From Phoronis australis (Eukaryota; Animalia; Phoronida): DNA of 64,000 nucleotides. Shown here piece by piece: positions 38,301 to 50,300 of the stretch; position 1 is the stretch's first letter; each line of letters begins with the position of its first letter. The notes under the pieces were generated by a model, which saw nothing but the letters and a program-made list of their open reading frames with translations, was not told the DNA's origin and did no database searches. Location of the stretch: contig NMRA01000248.1 of assembly GCA_002633005.1 (NCBI GenBank), positions 124,001 to 188,000 of the forward strand, given 5' to 3'. The position numbers were made by a program, and so were the translations under genes.

Positions 38301-41300
38301 CACCGTCTTAGATCCTTCGGTTGGGTTTTCGTGGAAAGATTCATCGTGTAGCCATAGAGATATCGGATACCTGTGCAAGGAAGGTAAATTCAGTACATTT
38401 GAAAAGCTTAGGCGAGGTTTGTGACTAAAACCTGTTGATTTTTATCTTCTATTTCTATGTAATGGTAGATTTGTTTATAGTAAGCAGCCATTCCCACAGC
38501 AAACTGAGTCCCAATCTGGTGGCACAGAGATCAGTAAATTGGCGTATTCATTGTTTCTTTTGTTTTTCCTTGTTATAATAAAGACAATGACAAGCATTTA
38601 TCGATAACCGGCTGAAAAATTAAGGTATTCATGGGACATGTATTGTTACAAGCATATTCAATAAAGACGCAACGAAAGAAAACAATGGTAGCGTTCCATA
38701 TGTAAAAACCATGCGACGCGCTTACGCCCGTCGCACACATGTCGCTAGTTAAACAATACCTTGCGAGATCCATACGACGTCATTTGGCATGGGAACACGC
38801 ATTTTAGAAGTAAGCGACAATAATTAGTTAACCAAATATTATCCGTTAACAATAAGTTGAGCTTCTAAAAACTCTTTAGAGTTAAGGTAATGTATCTCCC
38901 TAGAAATATATCCAAGTTTGGCTAACTTTGGAACATCATATTTCAAAGATGGCTGAACTTATGAAACTTTTAGATACAGTGCATTATGAACTGTCATTAA
39001 AATGCTGTTAGAAACTGTTTTTAAAATGTTCCACGTTTGCGTGAAAAATATGACATTGATGTTTGTTCATGAAAAATGTCTTGAGTTCCACGAAACCAAA
39101 ACGAAATGACATTGTAGAAAACTGTAACACCTTTATTTAAATTTCATCTTGAACGCGTTACGAAAACCCATCACCACCAATTGCCTTACGAACGCGGTGC
39201 GAACCAAGAGTGGCCTACTCAACATGTTCGCGGATTATTTAGGGGACAGGGGACAACTAGTGTAACCCTCAAATTCCTGCGGTGATCGTAAGCATTTTTC
39301 TCATTACTCTGGGACCTCATTCTTAGGAACTCCCGAGCGGCATTCGTGGGACCTCAGAGGTTTCATACGAATCTCCGCGTTTGTAAGAAACATTTGCGAC
39401 CGTCAGTTATCAATATATAAATCATTTCTGTTCCAGCTCGTCAAACATACGCTCCGCTGGACTGCATTAGTGTTCGTAACACTTCCGAAGTCGCTAAATG
39501 TCCCTCTGGTAAGCTTGCACTCGATCATAGAACTCTGGCCTTGGAAAGCCAAGCTTGACCTCGCGCTTCTGCGGTTGCGCCGCGCATGCGTGGCATCTGT
39601 TTGCATTGCTGTGTTCGTTCTCGCTATGGAATTTTATATCACCAAAATTTTTCACAACTCCGTTTTTACCCCAAATTGCATACTAAGAGTCATATCATAA
39701 GGAAGCCCTTCATCAGTTCATTATGGTATATTTTACCAATATTATTCATTTCGCATACCTGACAGGTTTAAAACATTTTTCAATTCTAAAAACCAAGAGT
39801 GTTACCAAATGCAAAAAATAGCTGGATTAGATAGTATAATAAAAAGGAAATGGTCTAGAAAGGTCATGTAAATGACTAATTTAACCACCAGGGAAATGAT
39901 TTCAATGATTTTAAAAAGTTTCTACCCTATCAAGATAAAGAAACTAGAATATGGATCCCCCGGAGTCGTTGTGAAGAACTGTCATGCATTCATCAGAAAT
40001 TAAACATGTTATAAATTAATCAGACCTTTATCTTTGGTGCCGTTTGATACAGTTGTTTCAGGATGCTGTGACATTTACACAAAATGTGATAAACCAATTA
40101 CTACAACTACCTGTCCGAAATTTGCGGATAAAAGATTTCTGATGGATAAAAGCGAACAAACATCTAATTTGGTGTTTTGGGATGCACTTCGTTACCTAGT
40201 TTGCAATGTAACACTTCCCATAGTAGTTTATAAATAGACTGAAATCAGAAAGTAAAAACTAGTGATCCTGATACAGGCAGTCATGTTTTATACTAAACAA
40301 GAGACACTGACTGGAACCAGTGAACGAACTTCAGGAAATAAATGTGTTGGGCCGCGAGGCCAGTTAGCTTGAAAAGTTACTAGTCCTGCTGCCACGTTGC
40401 TGGTCCTGCTTTTTGCATTCAAAATGCATTTTTCTTAAAACTTGTTTTGTACGTCATCAGCTGCAACCCTCCAAGAGCAGAATTTACATGTATATCAATT
40501 ATAATCAATAGAAAATGCAGAAATGAGAACTGCAGATAACTTAATTATCCCTTCCCAGAAAGGGCTTTTTGAAAAACTTTTCTTTCCGTAATATTTATTT
40601 TAAAGCTGAACCAATTTGCTCTGGAAAATTCCAGAAAAACAAGCTTTCTTGGTCTTTCTCGATGTACATGTAGATGTAGGATATGGGTGAGTAGGTGTGC
40701 ATTTTCATGAGAACTAGCTGAATCATAGTGCAATCTATTTAAAAATTGAGTCTTCTAACAAAAGGTCATGGCCCAAAGGATAAATGCAATACTGATATTT
40801 GTCAAATTAACAAATCTTCCCTAAATTTTTTGCTCTTCTACATGTTCCGCTGTGTCTCTGCCACTGCTATAGACCAAAACCAATCCACACGACGGTTTCA
40901 CTCGTAGTTATTGGGACGTGTAACTTCCATGTCCCAGGGTTCATCCTTCATCCTTTATTGAGGTTGCACTGTCCCACATCAACCTCATATGTACAGTTTA
41001 GTGCTGACTAAATTGCCCGAAATACATTTTATACGTGGAAATGCTACTCTTACGTGTTCCACTGAGGCTCCAGGAGAGCCGTGATACCAACAAATTCCAC
41101 GTTCAGAGAGATAAAACAAACTTGCAGCTTATTTAAGAAACTGTATTTTTTAGAATTCCCGCAAGGTGTAGCATGTCGATGCTCCTGTCCAATCAGCCGC
41201 TGGAGAAACTATCGCCGCACGTGCGACTGTTCACTCTGTAGTTCAAATGACGTCAGTGAGGCCCGCTGTTGTAAACCTCAATCCGGATATTCACCTGGTC

Positions 41301-44300
41301 CCGACTACAGACCCTCTGTTGAATGTCTGGAGATTAAAAACCATCTTCCCCATGCAACTTGTCCCACAGGTAGGTACTTCATCGATCATGTGATGCGTGA
41401 AATAATGTGTGTGGGTGTGTGAACGTGTGCGTGCATGCGTGTGGGTGCCTATACTACACACTCTTATTATCTTACACACTGGGGTTACACTCTTTTTGGT
41501 AACAACTTAATTTCCAACATTTCAGCTAGAGCGTTAATGAGAAACGGGATTCTTATACTTTGAACTGATTTACTTTTTTGAAAACCGTCAAACTTGAATT
41601 TTAGTTAAAACTTTTTCGAAGTGATTTGCAACTCAGGTAAATGCCAATCTTCGTTCGATCTTTCTACGAAGTGATAACTATTTGTCCATAACTGCATGTA
41701 CCCTAGTAAATTCTCAGTATTCTTTATTACAACCCGAGTATAACATCATGCAATAACAGTACAGATAACTAGTGCATAAAACGAATCATTCTATCTCAGC
41801 TTATAGCTTGCAAATTATTTCAGAGAAAAATATAATACTGAGAATAATGCACAGAAAACAGCGAAAACAAAACGACATCGTACGGAATTAAAGGACTAAT
41901 GTTTAAAAAATCCCAGAAAACTCAGCTTAGCGTAGAAAATAAACCAGTTGTTACAATGACACCCCGGTGGGAAACTGGGGTAGAATTTAGCAACGCTAGG
42001 ACCTCTATAAAATCTAGCCAAAATCCCGGGTTCTCATTTGCAATACAAGGCAATATCTTACGTACATGTAATCTCTTGAAGTCGTCCTTTTTAGCGAGGT
42101 CTTAGCGTTGCCCATCTCTACCTAGGCTGGAAGCTGGTCGCATAGAGATCGGTAGATTGGGTACATCCATTGTTCACTTGTTATGATAAAGATAAAGAAA
42201 AAAAACATTTATCGGTAACCCGCTGATATTCGACCATGGCGAGATATCCATACTACTTGTACTATTGTATCCAGCAAACACGTAAGAAAGGAAAACATTG
42301 GTAGCGTCCCATAGGTAGTAACCAAGAGCCGCGCTTACACCCGTCGCATTCATGACGCAATGCTTTGCGAGCTCTATACGACGTCACTTGGATTTAAAAA
42401 TGCGATCACTAAAGTTTTGCAGTATTAAAACAATACAGCTGTAACCTAAATTGTGGCAACCATATAATAGCTTGTGAGTTTTTTCAGTCCTATTTCTTCA
42501 AAACATGTGATTGCTGTTGAACATTATGGTAATTTATGTTTTGAAAACAAGAGGAAAGGGCGTGGAGTGATTTGGTTGGCGCAAAAACCTAAATTACGTT
42601 TTCATAAGACTTTCAAGTCAGAATACTGTATTTAAAACTATGTATTTATCCCCGCTACATTGAGATCTGTGTTAAAACAGTTGTGATTTGAAATTTTGCT
42701 ATTGGATGTAGATTTAGGGAGGTTTTAAAAGAAAGATTATGTAAAGTATGTAACCAAAATACTAATAAAGGAGAAATTTATTTTAATTTCGTTTTCACCT
42801 GATGTAAAATTTTATAAACGGGGTTTCGAAATGAATGATCAGTTCTAGACTTGTTTCTAAATTACCTGGAAGCTAGCTCTTGCGAGGTTTTCGATTAGGA
42901 CACAAGATTGTCGAAGGAGTTGCCTATATTGTGTGTAATAAGCGTTTGTTTTTTTAATGGTATTGACCAAGAGGCAGGGGATGTGTCGCATATTAAGTAT
43001 TTTTGTTTTGTATTGTATTCTGCGATGCATCTATTCATTATAATAAATAATGAATATACCAATGTTATCAAACTGAGACCAGATCATTGGATTGGAGGTT
43101 GCGAAAGAGCCGTTCACAAACATCATTATAGACGGGCATGTGAGCAAACAGCGAGCTATTAATTTCATGAACACAATGTATTCTTGACCAATAAAGTCAC
43201 AGTTATTTAGTCTAAAATGTGCGCATGCAACCTTCCACTTAACCGGCGACGTCATCATCGAGATAAGCTCGGCAATAGTTATTCCATCTAATTCATGGTT
43301 GAATTTGGTATGTGAACATAATTTCAGTGTCATACGATTGTGGCGGCCATTTTGATAGTGAACCACGGAAAATTAAATTCGGTTAATTTAGTTAAAGTGG
43401 GGTCGTGTATAACCTGTGTTTTACTCCAATGTTTGCTTTAATAATCGGTTTGAGCAAAATTGAACAGAAGGAAGTAAATAACCCAGACATGACTTTTTGT
43501 GTTTTAGATTTTCCAACAGCCACGGCTTGTTCTTGTAGCAATTGTGGTGCAGCTTTTGAAATCACGACTGACAACAGGTGTAACTGTACTGTTGTCGCTA
43601 CTGACTGGACTTCGGCTCAATGCTGTAGGATCGTGTATACACCTAGAGCGACAGGTTAGTCACTACGGTCTACGTTTCACTTCAAGATTTTGTGAGCCGA
43701 TGGGAATGCAGTGACAAGGTTAAGGTAAACCAAGTAGTTGTGGCAGAGTACTGCTATATTTGAAGTAGATGTATTGTTTTCGTTTAAAGGCCACTCGTAG
43801 ATGAATATTTATGCTAGTAACGAGTCTGGCAATATCTCCCAACGATAGGTTTCGCCATGGCAATGGTCGCAGGTAGGCTAGCTCTTATCAATGTTGAGAT
43901 GTGCACGCCATGGAGCATTTGTTCGGATTGTTCACAAAAGTCACGCATCAATATTCTTGCATAGAACCTTAACTCCGTCACTCTTAAACTTGATGCCAGG
44001 GAATCAAAACCAACTATTGCGTGCGGAGTAGGCTCACCTACAAAATGGTGCAATATATTAACTTGACATTAATCTTCCCTCTTGAGACATCATGGTCTTC
44101 GACAACATTATGCAATGTACAGACGTACATGTATGGACACTGTGAAACTTCACATTACTGTCCGCCCACGATGTAAAAGTTAGGAATACAGTCAAAGGAT
44201 TGTTGCAGTGGCTTTCGGGTCCAAGCAGGTTTTTATACTTCTGAAACCCCGGTGGAAGCTTAATTCAGCAACAATACTGCGTGTTAGTCAGTATCTGTAC

Positions 44301-47300
44301 CACCACTCCAATTATGATATGATTCGTTTTCAAAATCGAAATGCTTTTCGTGGAATGTAGTTATTAATCTTCACCCTGTGAAGGTCTTTCCACGGTAACT
44401 ATGGCAGCACTTAATTCACTTCGCCGATTGCATTCTGCGGGATCCACCGGCTAAGGCAACTGATTGGTTTTTAGACGGACGACGACTTCAGGCTAACAAA
44501 CCAATCAGATCTCTTAGTGGGTGACCCTGCGGAACAGGGAAAATCCATCAAGGGCAGCTTGTCCCACGCCAGATTCTCTACCATCATAATATACAATGTA
44601 GGGCCATTACAGGGAAAAGTTCAATGTCAAAAGTAATAAAAAATCGAAGCCCTTGGACAAGTATCAATTTGGGTCTGTGTCAGTCACGTTATGTATTCGG
44701 TGGTGAGATGAAAGTCGATTGTGTTATTTACGTATTATTTTTGCAGGTGAGTTTCTAATTGAAAGATATTTACAAATAGACGGTATAGTTGTCGACGGAC
44801 ATGATGACTGGACGCCATCCAGCGTGACATCCGAAAAAGAGTGTTTGCAGGCTTGTGAAGACCAGGTAATTAAGTCATCTTTTTAACACAAAATACTACT
44901 CCATTTCCTTGTATTACGTAACCACCTACTTAATGGAATAGGGGCAGTATTTTAAAGTGATTTTACTTCAGTTCCCGAGCACAGAGTTTACTGTGGCACG
45001 TATGGCCGAGTTCGACAATGTAAAATGCCGACAATATTGAACTATATTGTCGCTCAGGCGACATTATCTGTCCATGCCTAGAATTGACCTATCGCCAGGA
45101 TTTTGAGTGACGGCGTAAATGACCATTTAGAACGCAGCATTATTGACACACTTTCGTTTACAAGCCGCCATTTTACCCGATAAAGAACACGTTGCCGGGT
45201 AAAACTTATTGTTTGTTACTCGACATTACGCAAGGGGGCGGAGATTGGGATAGGTCAATTGTACTGTGACACTTGGCTTTCCTCATTTCCAACTGCTGGT
45301 TTATGGTCCATTATGTTGCGCACCCAGCATAATAAACGAAACAGAACACTGGCTGTGCAATACTTTCCACTTAAAATTATAGTATAAAAGATAAATTTCC
45401 TGTCCGACTTTCAAATTTCAAGAACCTTCCTACAATTACCTTCGCGAACTGTTCAAAATAGGCTATTTATAAATTTCAAATTGAAAACTTGAAAATACCA
45501 TTTTTGCTCCAGTGTTTACAGCAATGTTTATGATGGACAATTTGGCGCCTGATTACGCAAATTAATTTGTACAAAACGATCACATCAACTGACGCTGGAT
45601 GGTTTTTAAGGCTATCAAACTGGTTTAGTTGCTCAAACTCGACCGGTGAGAATGTCACCGTTGAATTCCTTTCATGTTGAATGCAGCAGTATCAAAGCAG
45701 TATACACCGGAACATATTGTCGACCCCTAACTGTGTTAAAAAGTAGTGTATTTTAATACAGACTTAAAATCAGATTAAAATCAGTTTTGGCAGATAAGCG
45801 GGTGCAGAGTGAGAACGTATCCAAAGTGAGAGAAAACCTCAGGAAATTGTACGAAACACCAAAACAAGATTGTGGGAACATGACTGGGGGAAAGATCCGG
45901 GAATTAAGTGGTTGGTTTTCATGACAACATGGCCTGATGCGTAAATTTTGCAACCAAGAACATTTAGAATATTAAGAACGTGTGTGACTCCCTCCAAATT
46001 TAGGTAGCTCCTTCCCCCGCCACTCGAACTTCGGATTGGCATTCCGACGACGTGTCACATACTACCGAGAGAGTATCTTGTCAAAGTTTGGATTTGCGCA
46101 TGCCTCCACTTAGTCCTACACGCCCTTTCACGGACAACACTTGTATAAGTAAACACATGGGGATTTCCTAAATATATGAATAAAGGTCGCGCAATTATTC
46201 TCTCTGACTCGTTTTTTGTGCATTGAGTTTTAGTAATTAGTTCTAAAAACAAGAGTTCCATATTTGAAAAGTGCGCAAACTTTGACAAAATCAAAAAAAT
46301 GCCCGTTAGGATGCAGATTTTCAGTTGCTTTTGCCATTAAAATAGCTTGACTAAAATAGTATGATCATATTTTCCGTACAGGTTGGATGCAACTCAGTGG
46401 AGTTCCTGTCGTCGGAGTTTAGTGCATGTAAGCTGAGTCGGTCCTCAATAAAACATGTCGGTATTTCTGGGTTACTGCAGCAGCAGCCGGGATATACGTA
46501 CTACGAAAGGCTGGACGGGGAAGGTAAAGTACCCAATGATCACATTGAGTGTAGGGCCCTGTATATGGCAGGGGCGGATCCAGGATTTTGAGTTGGGGGG
46601 CAAGGTAGAGTATTAGCCAGGATTTTGCTCGTCAGACATTCCCAGCTCCGAACTGCCAAATGGAATTTTAGGGGGGACATGGCCCCCTTGGCCTCCCTCT
46701 AAATCCGTCAGTGTATGGCTATCGAACATATTTTAGCTGTTTAATGTACCTGGGTCATTATCAAATTTTGGGGTCTGAAAATCAACATTATAATCGAGTG
46801 TCAAAATGGCGCGAATGCTTAAATGTTGCTGGTCAGTTTTGAGACGACATCAAGTCGGTGTGGTCGGCTTCCGAATAAACGACTAAGTTTTGAACACGCC
46901 AAAGCAAAAATTTCATAGATGGTAGAAAATGTCGAGCTGAAATGTCAAGACAATTGCAGTCTCCAACGACAAAGCCCCGAGTGGGGAGGCACAACGGATA
47001 TACGGTCCCTGTTTATTGCAAAAAGCCATCACTCATTCAACACTCATTTCAATTTTGGGTTCACGCCCCTGTTCGCTGAGAAATAGCATACATTGAACCC
47101 CTTCCCCCGGAAGAAAACCGTTATCTATTTTTGCCTCCTCCCTTGTGTTGAATTCTTCTGGCAACTCGAGTAGCGATCTCGAGGTACAGAGGGAAAAATG
47201 ATGGCACCATCATTTAATGCTCATTATAAATTTGTTAATACTTTAAGAACTATATTACCTCAAAATTTAATCTCAACCTGGTCTTGGGCGGGTAAGTGAT

Positions 47301-50300
47301 CACCTCCTGTTAAGCGATTCTGAGGTACAAGTGATTCTAAATTTAGGTTTGACGTCATTTTGATATCAATAGTAAGACGGTACAATGTGTGCGAGGGAGT
47401 ATTTGTCCTAAGGAAAATAGCTTAATGCGAGTAATTATACAAATGTTCCGTCGGCGATGATGTATTCTCGATCAAAAATGAACTATTCTCCGCCACACAA
47501 GAAAAAAAGTAGCTACCATCAGGAGATCGGTAAGAGAACAGGGAGAGGAAATTAGGCCATCGTCGAGCACTTGACGCCGCGGCGGCTCAATTGTCGGAGC
47601 TCGAGGATTTTTCCCTAGGAGCTGTAACAGTTGTTTTGATGGGCTTGTTGTGATGTCAAGTGACTCTACAGAAAATTCCAAGAGCGTTTTCTAAGCGGCG
47701 AACTTGGCACAGGAATCGACCATCCGAAACCGCTTCACCGGAGCCTGCATAGACTTTGCACATACATGTACCTAGAAACTAGACGGCTCCGAACTTTCGT
47801 GGCTCACGATTAGTCATAAAATGAGTTCAAGTAACTAAGCAACGCAGGATGGGCCTCCCAACCAGGGCACAGGTTGGTCCTTTCACATGGGCGCACCCAA
47901 TGGGCAAAACGGTCCGTCTCAGCGAAACAAAAAGTCCACGGGAATTCTGCGCGGATGCACAATTCGTAAGCTTGAACATAGTGGCTCCGTTTTTTTTTAG
48001 TCCTCGTTGATTTTTGTCAGTAAAAGGTCCGCATATCGAAAAATTCTAGCGCCCCCACCCCTACATTTTCCTACATTTTAGGCTAGGTGCGCCCATGTTT
48101 CATCGCTATCGTCTTTCACTTTTAATTCCACATTGATGTCAGCTGAGTACCGGCAACACCTTTATATAGCCTCATCAGTACTCGACATGTATAAGCTGTG
48201 CTACTGTTACTTCGAATGGCTGACGCAAACCCAATCCTACCTACCCTACACCTGTAGGGTTCTTGTAATAATTCATTGCGTACAAAATCAGAATAAATTG
48301 GCAGGAGCACCTCAGGTGGACAAAATGTGTTGAATACACCGCCGTGTTATGTAATCTCTATAGCATATTTAAAGGGGAAAGAATCCTCACGTGCCAGGCT
48401 AGCCAACCCACGTGGCTTGCCACATAAGGTAGTCAATACAGTCTGGACTTCTATTTCCGGCTTGTACGAAGCCGACTGCGAGCTGGAGTCCAGGACGAGG
48501 CTATATTCTGCACTGCTTAAACCATTCGTTTTCAATGCCGATTTTCGTTTTTGAGTAGTATTCTTAAATACTGTGATACCTAACATAAACACCAAAGAAT
48601 ATGCTACGTGACACACCCATGTATGAAATGTGTCCACCTCAATTTCTCGGAAATACATGTAAGTAATAAAAACAGACAGTATTTTTTATTGAATTGTCTA
48701 ACATGCTTAAGCTGCTTAAGGAGGTCGTTATAAGACTCCGAATAGTTAACCTACATGTAGTGCTTATGACTACACAATTGTTATGAAAAACAATGAATTG
48801 TGTTTTGCACATTCCCCAAAGCATTTTTACATACAGACTGAAGTGAGTAAATGTAGAACAAATAATCCAGTTGGTTTCCACAAAAGGAAGTGAATACATT
48901 ACACTCATGGTTCACTGTATTAGTTCATTTAATGTCCCCACTTGTTAACGCCCACCAAATATGACTTTGAACAACCACCATTTCTATTCCAGGAGATACG
49001 CGAAACTACTTCCAGAAGTTTGATGGTGTATATGTTGCTGGTGTGAACACAATTGGCAGCATTGCTCAACTGACTTTGAGTTCGTGTATGACCCTATGTT
49101 TGGAGGATAGTTCGTGTAAATCAGCAGATTTCGATGTTTCAGGCAAAATTTGCTACAAGCGTGAAGGAAATAGTTTTGACGGAAATCTTGTTGTATCCAG
49201 ATATTTCTACCATTTCGATATCATAACAAACACACCAGGTGAGAGGTACTATGGCTTTTGTCAAAACGTTTAAAAGCCTTGAAGCAACAATTCACTCTGT
49301 TAAACAATCCAAAAATGAAAATCGAATATGGTCTTTTTCTTTGTCTTAAAATCGGTCACATAATATTCCCTTACTGTGACTGGATTACTTTTCAATTTCT
49401 CGGGCAATGCTTACATGTACATGTACTGTACCATTTTCAAGTTCCCCAATTAAGTCTGAAGCGTTTTCTTGAGACGATGACGTTTCGATGTTCTTGTTGG
49501 TAGAAGAGGTAAAATTCTACCACGGTAATGAGTATTATGACGTGATATAATGAGAGTAAAGGGCTCGTTTTGATTTTAGCTTTATCCAGCTGAACAGGAC
49601 GAAATGCAGCTTTATCTCTATAATCAGCAATTGGTTAAACAATTCTAGAATTGCATCTTTTCTTCTGGTGAGTAGAATGGGATAATTGTCAAGCAATTTG
49701 TCATGTCAAATGTTTTGACATTTAAAACTGTTCACTTCCAGATCCCCTGCTTGCTTGTGACAACGTAAAGAGTGATTTATCCGATGGCAACCAGTTTTCA
49801 TGCGGAGCAATAGGTAGTACAGCTAGATTTTCACTTTCAGTTATGGAGGGTGAGCTGGACGCGGAAGGGTGAGGGTATGGGTAGGCAAGGTGTCAAGAAC
49901 TGGCATAATAGCAAGCAACAAATAAAAATTTCTTTTATATTTCCAAAAACAGTCGAATTTTATAGTAGGTGTAATTTCTTTCCATAAAATAATATAACAT
50001 AACTTTAACAGCCAAAGATGTCTTATTGAAAAATTCCAGGCCATACTATTCCCGGCATCTAGATAGCCTGGCTTCAGGGCGGTGAGTCTATTATACAGAA
50101 TGGCCAGTTCTAAATTTTCTGTTTTGTTAACTAATTTTGCCGATAAGTTGTTGGTTGTCAGGAACCGTACCTCAAGAGTATGGCTTTATGAACACAATAG
50201 AAAATGTCATTGAAGCAATGGAATTAGGCTTGATCTGATAACTACAACACTGGATCAAAAGTCAATCGAGCAGACAGAAATTTTTTCAGTGCAAACTCTC

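Noticed and set aside
40062-40237. Candidate Cys-containing exon GCCDIYTKCDKPITTTTCPK as the missing start of resistin repeat 1
   Set aside because: No GT donor after TCP, and the cysteine spacing does not match C-x11-C.
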